Numbered from the stretch's first letter, positions 18,872 through 28,727 are shown. The stretch: DNA of 39,170 nucleotides from a virus (IMGVR_UViG_3300033417_000031:1-39170), one strand, 5' to 3'. Numbers and translations are program-made. Notes: generated by a model not told the origin, from the letters alone.

Positions 18872-19543
18872 CTGCCTTGGCGGCGGCGCGAGGTCATCGG
18901 CGGCGCCACGCTCTATCTCGGCGACTGCCTCGAGGTCATGCCGCACCTCGGCCGGGTCGACGCCGTGGTGACCGACCCGCCCTATGGCATCCGCGCCGAT
19001 GAGCGCCCGGTCGACCACAAATTCCGATACGGACGATCGGCCTGGGATCGCGAGCGGCCGACGCCCGACGTCTTCAGGATGATGCTGGCGAAAAGCCGGG
19101 AGCAGATCATCTGGGGCGGGAACTACTTCACAGACCTGCTTCCACCCACCATGCGCTGGCTGATCTGGGACAAGAGACAGCGCGGTTTCAGCTTGGCCGA
19201 CTTCGAGGTGGCGTGGTGCAGCCAACGACAGGCCGCGCGCATGATCACCTATCCCCGCGCCGCCGCGCTCCTGGACGGCAAGCAGCACCCGACCCAGAAG
19301 CCGATCGCAGTCATGAAGTGGTGCCTCGGCTTCCTGCCCGACGCCGAGCTCATCCTCGACCCTTTCATGGGCTCCGGCACGACGGGCGTGGCGGCACTGC
19401 GGCTCGGCCGGCGGTTCGCCGGCATCGAGATCGAGGAGCGCTACTTCGACATCGCCTGCCGTCGCATCGCCGAGGCCGACCGGCAACATGACCTGTTCGT
19501 TGCGACGCCCCCGCCGGCCGAGCAGCTCGGGCTGATCGAGTAA
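18860..19543 (+). CDS. DNA amino-methyltransferase (N6-A/N4-C, beta class)
   Basis: TLYLGDCLE, VVTDPPY, HPTQKP, ILDPFMGSGTT, GIE. Confidence 0.92.
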   Translation: MRDQLPWRRREVIGGATLYLGDCLEVMPHLGRVDAVVTDPPYGIRADERPVDHKFRYGRSAWDRERPTPDVFRMMLAKSREQIIWGGNYFTDLLPPTMRWLIWDKRQRGFSLADFEVAWCSQRQAARMITYPRAAALLDGKQHPTQKPIAVMKWCLGFLPDAELILDPFMGSGTTGVAALRLGRRFAGIEIEERYFDIACRRIAEADRQHDLFVATPPPAEQLGLIE

Positions 19544-20703
19544 TGGCCCGCACGATCCCCGCCGGGTGGGACCTCGACGCCGACACGACCCTCGCGTTCT
19601 GCCTGCAGGTGACCGACCGGCTCGGCATCGTGCGCGGCTTCACCGAGCACGACCGCCCCCTGCCGGTGGATCTCGGCGACGGCGCGGGGCCGATCGACTA
19701 CGAGCCCGAAGCGGCATTCGGGCGCTCGGCGGTGGAGAGCCGCTCGGCGGGCCGCGTCGGTTCCATGGACCTGATCGGCTTCGTCGACGACGCCGGCGTG
19801 ACGGAGGCCACGATCTTCGCCGGCATCTACGATTCGGCCCTCGTCAAGCTGTTCATCGTCGACTGGACCCAGCCGGCGGCCGGCGCGTGCCACATCGAGA
19901 TCGGCGAGCTCGAGCAGACCCACGTCGAGGACGACAAGCTCACCGTCACCTTCAAGTCGCTGCTCGACCGCTACAATGCGATCGAGTTCGGCGATATCTA
20001 CATGGCCGACTGCATCCACCAGCTGGGCAGCCAGCCGGCCGACATCCCGCCGCCGTTCGCGCGCATCGGCTGCCGGGTGCAGCTCGACCCTCCGGTGTGG
20101 AGCGCCGGCCTCGCCGTCGCCGTCAGGATGACCCGCAACGCCAAGCCGACCGGCAGCGAGGCGGCCAGCCCGCCGACCGTGAACACGGTGCAGCCGACCC
20201 TCCCGAACGGGCGCTTCTTCGAGGCCCAGGCGGCGGGCACCACGGGGGGCAGCGAGCCGAGCTGGAACACCACGCTCGGCGGCACCACAAACGACAACAA
20301 CGTGGTGTGGGTGGCGCGCCAGGCCTTGCGCGAGGCCGTGACGGTGGTCTCGGCCTCCGACCAGAAGACGCTCACGATCAGCTACGCCGGCGACGCGCCG
20401 GACGAGTGGTACCGGAGGGGGCGGCTCCTCTTCACGACCGGCGCCAACGCCGGCATCGAGCGGCACGTGAAGAGCGATGTGACGCCGAGCCCCGTCGGCT
20501 CGCCGCCGCAGCGGCTCGTCACCTGCTGGCTGAACTTCCCGCTGGCGATCGCGGCGGGCGACCAGGCGGTGCTGATCGCCGGTTGCGACCGCCAGCTCGC
20601 GACCTGCAAGGACAAGTTCCGCAACCTCGACAACTTCGGCGGCTTCGCGATCTTCGCGCCGAACACCGACGAAGTGTTCAAGATCCCGAAACAGACATCA
20701 TGA
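19543..20703 (+). CDS. Tail hub protein (DUF2163/BR0599, RcGTA-like)
   Basis: GFTEHD.PL, AGIYD.A, DCIHQLG..GC, GCDRQLATC.DKF.N..NFGGF; four Cys consistent with an Fe-S site. Confidence 0.85.
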   Translation: MARTIPAGWDLDADTTLAFCLQVTDRLGIVRGFTEHDRPLPVDLGDGAGPIDYEPEAAFGRSAVESRSAGRVGSMDLIGFVDDAGVTEATIFAGIYDSALVKLFIVDWTQPAAGACHIEIGELEQTHVEDDKLTVTFKSLLDRYNAIEFGDIYMADCIHQLGSQPADIPPPFARIGCRVQLDPPVWSAGLAVAVRMTRNAKPTGSEAASPPTVNTVQPTLPNGRFFEAQAAGTTGGSEPSWNTTLGGTTNDNNVVWVARQALREAVTVVSASDQKTLTISYAGDAPDEWYRRGRLLFTTGANAGIERHVKSDVTPSPVGSPPQRLVTCWLNFPLAIAAGDQAVLIAGCDRQLATCKDKFRNLDNFGGFAIFAPNTDEVFKIPKQTS

Positions 20704-20714
20704 TGGAGGAAAAT

Positions 20715-20960
20715 ATGGCACCGACAATTGGTCGAATCGTGCTCGTGCAGTTGCGAGACATGGGCGCGCCCCGTGTCATCAATCGCACCGACGAACATCC
20801 CGCGATCGTCTCGGCCGCGCATTCCGAGACGATGATCAACGCCCGTGTGTTCCAGGACAACGACGACATGCCGATCTGGCTGACATCGATTCCGCGCGCC
20901 GACGCGGCGGGCGATGGTTATAGCGGATCGACTTGGCGGTGGCCCCCGCGCGCCGAGTGA
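20715..20960 (+). CDS. Small phage hypothetical protein
   Basis: GGAGG RBS; PTIGRIV...PAIV...WRWPPR pattern. Confidence 0.75.
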   Translation: MAPTIGRIVLVQLRDMGAPRVINRTDEHPAIVSAAHSETMINARVFQDNDDMPIWLTSIPRADAAGDGYSGSTWRWPPRAE

Positions 20961-21439
20961 CCACCCGCTCTGACGTTATCGCCGCCGCGCGCGCCTACGT
21001 CGGCCGGCCATTCCGCTGGGGCGGGCGCTCCGCGAGGGGCCTCGACTGCGTCGGGTTGCCGCTGATGGTAGCCCGGGACCTGAAGGTGGCCGGCTGGGAG
21101 AAGCTGTGGAACGATCCGGAGTGCCACGCCTACGCCCGGGTGCGTGCGCCCGGGTTCCTGCGCGCCAAGCTCGACACCTTCTGCCAGGAGGGCGTCCTGG
21201 TGCGGATCGACCGGGACAGGCTCCAGGCCGGCGACCTGGTGCTCAGGTTCGGCGGCTTCGGCCACGATCACCACGTCTCGATCCTCGCGGGTGAGGGCAC
21301 GATGATCGAAGCACGCAGTCCACGAGGCACTGCGGCCAGCGGCGATCGGGGAGCAAATGGCAAGGTGATCGAAACACTGCTCACCCCCCTTGAACGCCGG
21401 ACGTTCATGGGTGGTTACCAGTTCCTCAGCGTGATCTGA
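20957..21439 (+). CDS. NlpC/P60 family tail peptidase
   Basis: IAAARAYVGRPF..GGR..GLDCVGL, AGDLV, HVSI. Confidence 0.88.
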   Translation: MTTRSDVIAAARAYVGRPFRWGGRSARGLDCVGLPLMVARDLKVAGWEKLWNDPECHAYARVRAPGFLRAKLDTFCQEGVLVRIDRDRLQAGDLVLRFGGFGHDHHVSILAGEGTMIEARSPRGTAASGDRGANGKVIETLLTPLERRTFMGGYQFLSVI

Positions 21440-21440
21440 C

Positions 21441-24400
21441 ATGCAATTGGCGATCGCGGCCGGCGGGGCGGCCCTCGGCGGAGTAGCGGGCGGGCTCATC
21501 CCGGGCGTCGGGGTGCTCTTGGGCGTGCAGCTCGGGTTCCTCGGCGGCGCCATCCTCGGCGGCATCCTCTTCCCGACCGAGGTCGACGCCGGGGGCCCGA
21601 GCCGCGACGACGTGCGGCTCTCCTCGGCCGCGACCGGGCGCTTCATCCCGATCCCCTACGGGACCGTGCGCATAGGCGGCCAGTACCTGTGGGTCGACGA
21701 GCCCGTGTTCAAGAGCCAAACGGAATCCAAGGGCGGCCCGGAGGTGAAGACGACCACGATGCAGCTCACCTGGGCCTGCGGCATCTGCGAGGGGCCGATC
21801 GCGGCGGTGACCCGCATCTGGCTCGACGCCGAGCTGGTGTTCGACATCTCGGACGGCAACCCGGACGGCCCGGCCTTGACCCAGCTCCTCGTCTCCGGCG
21901 ATCTGCCATCGGGCGTCGTGCTGACCGACACCACGCAGACGGTCGCCGTGCAGCAGTTCGGGCCGATTCGCATCTACCTCGGCGCCGACGGCCAGCCGCC
22001 GGACCCGCTGATCGTGAACGATCCGCGCATCGGCGAGGCGTTCGGCGCGGTCGCGCCCGAGACCTCGGCCGATTTCGTGCCGCCGTTCCAAGGCCTGTGT
22101 TACGCCGTGTTCGACCACATCCGCGGCGAGGCCATCAACAATCACTTCCCGCAGTGCGAGTTCGAGGTGCTGACCGCCGCGGGCGACATCCATCAGGCGA
22201 CGGAGTACGAGCCGGTGCCGGCGCGCAGCCGCGAGCAGCGCCTGAAGGACCTCATCACCTTCGTCTCGGCCTCGAACATCGCCGACCCGATCTACCGCTG
22301 GAACACGATCGACCGCAACCCGGACGACCCGGAGATCTGGAGCTTCGCGCCGGTGACGGCGCAGCCCGGCGACGATATCATCATGCCGCGCAACGTCGGC
22401 ACCTGGGACGACCCGGACCTGCTGGTGCTCGCCCAGGGCGGGACCGGCGACTCGCGCTGGTCGACCCATCACATGCTGACCGGGGCGGAGGTGAGCCCGC
22501 GCAAGAACTACGCCTTCGTGCCCGGCTCGCAGCCGATCGGCGGCTGGTGGTGGCCGTCGACCGCGGCGCCGACCCGCTTCGTCGGCGTCGGCGAGACCAG
22601 CGACAAGATCTTCAGCTTTCCGATCGCGTGGGACGACACGATCGCCAACATGGCCGAGATCGCGATCGCGCTCGACCAACCGCCGATCCCCGGTACCACG
22701 ATCGCGAGCGCGAGCTTCGAGATCAAGCCGGGCTTCGTCGGCCCCGACGGCCTCTTGTACATCACGACGGGAGAAACGAACACCAGCCACCAGGTCATCG
22801 TCGCCCTCGACCCGGTGACCCTCGACATCGTGCGCGTCGCCGAGCCCTACAAGACGAGCCCGGCGTCTTCGGACCCGTTCTGGTCGGACATGATGCTCAC
22901 CTACGACGCCGTGACGGACAAGATCGTCATCGCCGCCGACGGCTACGGCCTCAGGCGGGTCGACCGCGCCACCATGACGGTCGATGACGTGCCCGACATC
23001 CAGATCGGCGCCGCGTTCTCGACCGGCGACAACTTCCAGGCTATGAAGAACGGCCCGTTCGCCGGCATCCTGTGGCTGCAGACCGGGGCCGGGAATATCT
23101 ATCAGGACTTCGACATCTGGAACATGCTGCCGGGGCCGTGCGGGTCGATCAGCGCGACCGGAGACTACGGCGTCACCGTCGGCACCAGCAACGAGATCCC
23201 CGTGTTCGATCCGGTGAACGGCGGCATCTGGATCAACGACTTCTTCAATACCGACTGGCTCGCCTTCCTGCCGGTGTGCCGAAAATCGCCGATCTGCCCC
23301 ACGGCGGAGGAGATTGCCAAGGACATCTCGGACAGGTGCGAGGTGCCGGCGGCGCTGCGCCAGACGACGCTGTGGGCGAACGACATTATCTGCGGCTACC
23401 TGATCGGCCGGCGCATCTCGGGCAGGGAGGCGCTCGCCCCGATCGCCGGCGCGATCAACGGCGACTTCCGCACCCAGGACGGAGTAGTGCAATTCATCAA
23501 GCTCGACACGGCCTCTATCAAGACCATTCCGGAAGATGATCTCGGCGCGGCCGAGACGATCGACGCCAAGGTGCCGGGCCGCGACATCCAGTGGCCCTAT
23601 GAGCGCGAGCTGCCCGCCCGGGTCGACGTGCAGTACGTCGACCGCGCCATGGACTATTCTAGCAACACTCAGGGCTTCGACCGGCCGGTGGAAGGCTTCA
23701 AGGGGCGTAAGAAGGAAACGGTCCAGATGCCGATCGTGTTCGACGCCGACTCCTCGCCGACGCCGATCCAGATCGCCGAGCGCCTCTTGTACCAGTTCGA
23801 CGCCAACCGGCGCCTCCACGCGCTGGCGGTCACCTGGAAGCACCTGAACCTGAACGTCGGCGATGCCTTCTCCTACGTCCGCGGGCCGTTCACCCACACC
23901 GCCCGGGTCGAGAAGTGGGCCCTGGCAGAAAATAACAAGATCCTCATCGAGGCGAAGGACGAGGACGTCTCGATCAACACGGGCTCCGGCGGCGCCGGCA
24001 ACAGCGGGTCTGCTGTCTTCCAATCTCCGACCTTGGGAGCCGGCCTGTCCACCGAGTTGTTCCTCATCGACAGCTCGCTGCTGCGCGACCAGGACGACGC
24101 CGTGACCGGCATCCCGCTCTATGCGGCGGTGGCGCCCGCCGGGACCGCTGGCTGGCCCGGCGCGAACCTGCTCAGGAGCGACGACGCCGGGGCGACCTGG
24201 AAGATCGTCGCGAGCTTCGGCGCCGATCAGGCCGTCGACTGGGGCATCGCGGCAAGCGCCCTGCCGACCGCGCGCCTCGGCGTGGTCGACCGCGTCAACA
24301 CCCTGACGGTGAACATGCGCCGCGGCGTGCTGACCTCGGCGAGCGAGAGCGACCTTGACGAGGACCGCAGCCTGAACGCGCTCCTCGTCGGCCGGCCCGG

Positions 24401-25070
24401 CAGGTGGGAGGTGGTGCGGTTCGCGACCGCGGTCGACCAGTCCGGCTCTCCGGCCGCCTCGGGCGATACATTCGCGCTCTCGAATCTGCGGCGCGGCCAG
24501 CGCGGCACCGACGTGAACACGGGCAACCACGCGGCGGGCGACACCGTCATCGTGCTCGAGGCGGCCAAGATCGTGCGCGTCCACCTCGACGCCGGCGAGC
24601 TGAACGTCGAACGGTCCTACAAGGCGGTCACCCTCGGCGTCGACCAGGCGTTCGTCGCGGCGCGCAGCTTCACGCTCGCCGGCGAGACCAGGAAGCCCTA
24701 CGCGCTGCTGCAGGCGGCGGGCACGCGCGATTCCGGCACCGGGAACTGGACCGTGACCGACGTCCGGCGCACCCGGGTCGGGGGCGGCTGGATCGACTTC
24801 GTCGAGCCGCCCCTCGGCGAGGAGTCGGCCGACTTCGAACTCGACGTGCTGACGGGCGCGGGCGGCGCGGTCGCGCTCACCAAGACGGACCTCGCGACCC
24901 CGAGCGTCGTGCTCACCCAGGCGGAGCTGATCGCGGCCGGCCTCGGCGTCGCCTCGCCCGAGGTCTCGCCCACGAGCCTCACCGTCAGGTGGCACCAGGT
25001 CTCGGCCGTCATCGGCCGCGGCAAGTCTGTGGAGCGCACGCTCACGAGCCCGACCCCCGGGAATCCCTAA
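21441..25070 (+). CDS. Tail tip / host-specificity protein (RcGTA megatron-like)
   Basis: IPIPYGTVR, GICEGPI..VTRIW.D, GLCYAVF, ELPARVDVQYVD, WPGA.L.RS.D, WEVVRFA, LSNLRRGQRGT, RRTR, PLGEE. Confidence 0.88.
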   Translation: MQLAIAAGGAALGGVAGGLIPGVGVLLGVQLGFLGGAILGGILFPTEVDAGGPSRDDVRLSSAATGRFIPIPYGTVRIGGQYLWVDEPVFKSQTESKGGPEVKTTTMQLTWACGICEGPIAAVTRIWLDAELVFDISDGNPDGPALTQLLVSGDLPSGVVLTDTTQTVAVQQFGPIRIYLGADGQPPDPLIVNDPRIGEAFGAVAPETSADFVPPFQGLCYAVFDHIRGEAINNHFPQCEFEVLTAAGDIHQATEYEPVPARSREQRLKDLITFVSASNIADPIYRWNTIDRNPDDPEIWSFAPVTAQPGDDIIMPRNVGTWDDPDLLVLAQGGTGDSRWSTHHMLTGAEVSPRKNYAFVPGSQPIGGWWWPSTAAPTRFVGVGETSDKIFSFPIAWDDTIANMAEIAIALDQPPIPGTTIASASFEIKPGFVGPDGLLYITTGETNTSHQVIVALDPVTLDIVRVAEPYKTSPASSDPFWSDMMLTYDAVTDKIVIAADGYGLRRVDRATMTVDDVPDIQIGAAFSTGDNFQAMKNGPFAGILWLQTGAGNIYQDFDIWNMLPGPCGSISATGDYGVTVGTSNEIPVFDPVNGGIWINDFFNTDWLAFLPVCRKSPICPTAEEIAKDISDRCEVPAALRQTTLWANDIICGYLIGRRISGREALAPIAGAINGDFRTQDGVVQFIKLDTASIKTIPEDDLGAAETIDAKVPGRDIQWPYERELPARVDVQYVDRAMDYSSNTQGFDRPVEGFKGRKKETVQMPIVFDADSSPTPIQIAERLLYQFDANRRLHALAVTWKHLNLNVGDAFSYVRGPFTHTARVEKWALAENNKILIEAKDEDVSINTGSGGAGNSGSAVFQSPTLGAGLSTELFLIDSSLLRDQDDAVTGIPLYAAVAPAGTAGWPGANLLRSDDAGATWKIVASFGADQAVDWGIAASALPTARLGVVDRVNTLTVNMRRGVLTSASESDLDEDRSLNALLVGRPGRWEVVRFATAVDQSGSPAASGDTFALSNLRRGQRGTDVNTGNHAAGDTVIVLEAAKIVRVHLDAGELNVERSYKAVTLGVDQAFVAARSFTLAGETRKPYALLQAAGTRDSGTGNWTVTDVRRTRVGGGWIDFVEPPLGEESADFELDVLTGAGGAVALTKTDLATPSVVLTQAELIAAGLGVASPEVSPTSLTVRWHQVSAVIGRGKSVERTLTSPTPGNP

Positions 25071-25081
25071 ACAACATGACG

Positions 25082-25146
25082 ACCACAGAGACACAGAGAA
25101 ATTAGAGATTGATTTTTCTCTCAACCAACCTCTGTGCCTCGGTGGT
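25082..25146. repeat. Dispersed inverted-repeat element, copy 5
   Basis: ACCACAGAGACACAGAG ... CTCTGTGCCTCGGTGGT. Confidence 0.92.
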
Positions 25147-25172
25147 TCGACGCACAGCAATAGGATCCAGCC

Positions 25173-25943
25173 ATGGCCCTGAACATTCTCGGCGCGAACA
25201 CGCGCGGCGGCGACATGACCGAGTCCCAGGACGACAAGTACCTGAAGCACAACGACCATGTCGACCTGGTCGCCGAGGCATCGAACGCGGTCCTGGCCAT
25301 CGCGCTTGGCAACCTGGCCGGCGACGCCTACGCGCTTTCGGCCGAGGACTTCACCGAGAACGCGGTCTTCGTGCTGTCGGCCGCCGGCGGCTCGCCCACT
25401 CTCGACGCCGCCTTCACCTTCCAGCTGCCGGCGACCCAGCGCCGCCTCGCGGTTGTGAACCTGACCGACTTCACCGCGACGGTGCAGGTCGGCGCCGGCC
25501 CGGCGGGGCTCACCGTCGCGGTCGCGCCCGACACCTCCGCCGATCTGTCATCCAACGGCACCGACGTGCGCTGGATCACCAACCGCCTCTTCGTCGTCGG
25601 CTTCTCGTTCGGCCAATTCGTCTACGACGCGATCGCCGGCAGCCACGTGGCGGTCGCGCCGTTTCGCCTGCCCAAGGACCTGCCCGACTCCCAGGCCTAC
25701 GCCTGGACGCCATCGGGCGCGGGCGAGAGCGACCGGGTGATCTCGATTCAGAAAAACGAGAGCCAGATCGGCACCGTCACCTTCGCGGCCGAGGCGAACA
25801 CGGGCACCTTCGTGCTGAACGCCGACCAGGACTTCGCGGTCGGCAACCGGCTGCGCCTGGTGAACCCGTCGGACCCGAGCCCGTCGGAGCCCTCGCCCGC
25901 GCTGCAGGACGTCTCGATCGACCTCAAGGGGGTCCTGCTTTGA
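25173..25943 (+). CDS. Putative tail fibre / tail tip accessory protein
   Basis: Follows the megatron-like gene; N-terminal ESQDDKYLKHND resembles the fibre-anchoring segment of GTA-type DUF2793 proteins. Confidence 0.6.
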   Translation: MALNILGANTRGGDMTESQDDKYLKHNDHVDLVAEASNAVLAIALGNLAGDAYALSAEDFTENAVFVLSAAGGSPTLDAAFTFQLPATQRRLAVVNLTDFTATVQVGAGPAGLTVAVAPDTSADLSSNGTDVRWITNRLFVVGFSFGQFVYDAIAGSHVAVAPFRLPKDLPDSQAYAWTPSGAGESDRVISIQKNESQIGTVTFAAEANTGTFVLNADQDFAVGNRLRLVNPSDPSPSEPSPALQDVSIDLKGVLL

Positions 25944-25952
25944 GTAGGTTTC

Positions 25953-25995
25953 ACCACAGAGACACAGAGAATTTGAAACTCTGTGCCTCTGTGGT
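25953..25995. repeat. Dispersed inverted-repeat element, copy 6 (shortest)
   Basis: ACCACAGAGACACAGAG-AATTTGAAA-CTCTGTGCCTCTGTGGT; pairing extends outward (TCACC/GGTGA). Confidence 0.93.
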
Positions 25996-26015
25996 GAGAG
26001 ATCCGCGAGGCTGAT

Positions 26016-26291
26016 ATGGCCGTCGTCGTGAAGAAGACGCTCGGCGCGCTTGCCGCGCCGCCGCCGCCGCCTGAGACCCAACCGGACGGCGCGATTCTTC
26101 TATCGGGAGATATGCAGAGCGGCAGCCCGGCATCCGATGTGCTACTGCTTTCCGGGGATATGCAGAGCGGCAGCCCATCTTCAGACAACGAACAGACATC
26201 TATTCCAGGATCGCCGGCCCCGCCATCAGAAAGCGAGGAATCCGTGACCACACTCGGTCCGTTCGGCGTCTCGATTGGCAGACTGGAGTGA
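26016..26291 (+). CDS. Small Pro/Ser-rich protein with duplicated LLSGDMQSGSP motif
   Basis: GAGG RBS; internal repeat visible in both protein and DNA. Confidence 0.65.
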   Translation: MAVVVKKTLGALAAPPPPPETQPDGAILLSGDMQSGSPASDVLLLSGDMQSGSPSSDNEQTSIPGSPAPPSESEESVTTLGPFGVSIGRLE

Positions 26292-26295
26292 TTAT

Positions 26296-27999
26296 ATGAT
26301 GAGAGCTTATCTCCAAGTCACTCTGACAGCCGCCTTCCTGGCGGCTTTTTCATGGCCGGCGCTCGCGACGGATTACTACTTCGAGACCGGGCAGGGCGCC
26401 GGCGTGTGCTCTGAGGCCGATCCCTGTTCGACCATCGCGCAGCTCAATGCGCTCGATTTGAATGCCGGAGATAATGTTTTCTTCAACTGCGGCGATACGT
26501 TCAACGACGTTGATCTGACCATCGCGGCCGGCGACGCCGGCGCGGAAGGCAATCCTGTCACTCTGACACAAGGCGGGCCTACCGCTTGTACAGGCGCGAA
26601 CGATCCAATCATCAGCCGCGTCGTAGACGGCGATTTCATCACCATCTCGGCCTCGTACATCATCATTGACGGCCTGTCGATGAATAGTAGCGAGAAAGCC
26701 GGGATTGGCAGCGCCACAATTCAGATCAATGGCACGGATCTCACCGACATTACTTTGCAGAACTGCACGGTGGCGCAGGATCTCGCGGGCGGGGCTGGCG
26801 GTAATGGAACGGCCGTACGCGCCGACGCCAATGCAATAGGCTTATCGAATTTCCTCATCGACAACTGCATAATTGAGGATGCGTTCGGCGTTCTGCTGCA
26901 TGTCGGTGAGGTCGTGGACAACTTCACGATTACGAACAGTACGATCCGCACGAATGTCGGTGGACCGAATCCTGCTGGAGCTAACGATGTCGTTCAGCTA
27001 GATACCGCCAACTCTATCTGGACGGACGTGACGGTTGATGGCACGAACCGCACTAATGGCGGCTTCAACATCGACATATTGCACAACGGCACGCACGTTT
27101 TCACGCGCCTGACGAACCGGATCTCGGGCAGTAACGCGCTCATGCACGTCGCTGGAAATGATATCGCGGCGCCCGAGATGAACGTCACCATCGATGACAG
27201 CTTCTTCGAAAACACAGGTCGTGGTCAGGGGTGGATGTTCGTTCGCGACGATGTCACGCTGACCGTCGATCGAACGCGCTACGTCGGCCATGACGCGGCT
27301 TTTGGCATCCGCATCGGCAACCGCAACGGCGACAATCCGACCGTCTTTTTCAATGCCTCGACATGTGAATTGGAGGCCGGCGATGCCGGAGATAATTGCT
27401 TCGAGTTCAGCCCGGCGGCCGATCCCTTGACCGGCGGCCGTCTTGCCATTGCCAATTCAACCTTGACTGTGCGCAATGGAGCTGCGGCGGTAGCGGCAAT
27501 TGAAATCGGTGCCACGACCGGCGTCCCCGACTTGGACATCGTAAACACGATCTCCGACGGCGCGGGCGTGCTGCTGGTGAGCGAGGACGCAGCCTCCACG
27601 GTCGATCTCGGTGGGTGGAGCGACAATCTGTGGTTCGGGGATGCAGCGCCGACTGCGATCTTCGCACTCGACGATCAGGGCAACCTGGATGCCGATGACG
27701 TAGGTGTTACGGCACCGCTCGCTAACGACACCTTCGGCGATCCGCTATTCGCCAGCGAGGACGAGACGAGCCCGCTCTACCTGCGACTGCTCATCGGCTC
27801 GCCGGGCATCGCGATGGGCGACCCCGCGAACCTCTACGACGGCGCGACCTCGACGGACCTTCTGGGCATCCCGTTCAACAGCGCCCGGCCCAACGCCGGC
27901 GCCCGTGCCCACGGCATCCGCCAGAGAATGTTCCACCACATGCAGCAATCCGCGCTCCAGCCCTCTAACGACAACGCGCCGCTGAGAGCGGCAGCCTGA
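26296..27999 (+). CDS. Secreted parallel beta-helix protein
   Basis: Signal peptide ending in ALA before TDYYF; LNAGD.V.F.CGDTF, beta-helix repeats, GDPLF..L..GSPGI, PNAGA C-terminus. Confidence 0.75.
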   Translation: MMRAYLQVTLTAAFLAAFSWPALATDYYFETGQGAGVCSEADPCSTIAQLNALDLNAGDNVFFNCGDTFNDVDLTIAAGDAGAEGNPVTLTQGGPTACTGANDPIISRVVDGDFITISASYIIIDGLSMNSSEKAGIGSATIQINGTDLTDITLQNCTVAQDLAGGAGGNGTAVRADANAIGLSNFLIDNCIIEDAFGVLLHVGEVVDNFTITNSTIRTNVGGPNPAGANDVVQLDTANSIWTDVTVDGTNRTNGGFNIDILHNGTHVFTRLTNRISGSNALMHVAGNDIAAPEMNVTIDDSFFENTGRGQGWMFVRDDVTLTVDRTRYVGHDAAFGIRIGNRNGDNPTVFFNASTCELEAGDAGDNCFEFSPAADPLTGGRLAIANSTLTVRNGAAAVAAIEIGATTGVPDLDIVNTISDGAGVLLVSEDAASTVDLGGWSDNLWFGDAAPTAIFALDDQGNLDADDVGVTAPLANDTFGDPLFASEDETSPLYLRLLIGSPGIAMGDPANLYDGATSTDLLGIPFNSARPNAGARAHGIRQRMFHHMQQSALQPSNDNAPLRAAA

Positions 28000-28010
28000 G
28001 GAGCCTCACG

Positions 28011-28718
28011 ATGAACCGTCTCTCCCGCTTTCTCCCGTCTCTTTTCCTCGCGGCGGTGATCGCGTGGCCGGCAGCGGCCCAAGAAGTGCTCCGGCAGTCG
28101 ACCGCGCGGACGGTCACCATCTGCCGCATTATCTCGGTGACCGACGCCACGACGCCGGTGACCAACTTCACGCTCTCCGGCGCGGACGAGGCCGAGGCCC
28201 TCAAGGCCAACGGCGCCGCAACGGTCGACATCTCAGGCGCGACCTGGACAGCGATCACCGGAGCCGACGGCTGCTACACGCTGGCGCTGACCTCTAGCCA
28301 CACCGACACCGTCGGGTCTTTGCGGATCCTCCTCCAGGATGATTCTCTCATTCTGCCGCGCGAGGAGCCCTTCCTGGTGGTCGAAGAGGCAGTCCACGAT
28401 GCCTTATGGGCTTCGGGTGCGGCTGTCCTATCGTCCGATGTCGCGTCGCGCATGAACCGCAGCGCCGCGACCATGGCCTTGGCGACTGTCAACACGGGTT
28501 CCAGTGCGACCAGCATTATCGTTTCGTCACTTGATCCGGCATCATCGGTGAACGATCAGTGGAATGGCCGTGTCCTGGCTTTCCCCCAAAACACGACAAC
28601 TGCGGCGCTACGCGGTCAAGCAAAGCGGATCACTGATTTCGATCATGCGACACAAACCTTTACCGTCGATGCATTCACGACGGCCCCTGCCTCCGGCGAT
28701 ATCGCCATTATCTTCTAG
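28011..28718 (+). CDS. Phage structural-type protein with a signal peptide
   Basis: GAGGAG RBS; MNRLSR-hydrophobic-PAAA signal; Thr/Ala-rich; C-terminal GQAKRITDF...FTTAPASGD. Confidence 0.7.
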   Translation: MNRLSRFLPSLFLAAVIAWPAAAQEVLRQSTARTVTICRIISVTDATTPVTNFTLSGADEAEALKANGAATVDISGATWTAITGADGCYTLALTSSHTDTVGSLRILLQDDSLILPREEPFLVVEEAVHDALWASGAAVLSSDVASRMNRSAATMALATVNTGSSATSIIVSSLDPASSVNDQWNGRVLAFPQNTTTAALRGQAKRITDFDHATQTFTVDAFTTAPASGDIAIIF

Positions 28719-28727
28719 GAACTGATC

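Noticed and set aside
18157-25070. Region as a gene transfer agent
   Set aside because: The tail tip is GTA-like, but integrase, attP, repressor and lysis genes indicate a true temperate phage.
780-25259. Long alternative-frame and antisense ORFs (for example 780..2516 upstream part, 4232..6100, 15291..17486, 21426..25259)
   Set aside because: Arg/Gly/Pro-rich shadows of real genes, expected at this GC content, with no recognisable motifs.
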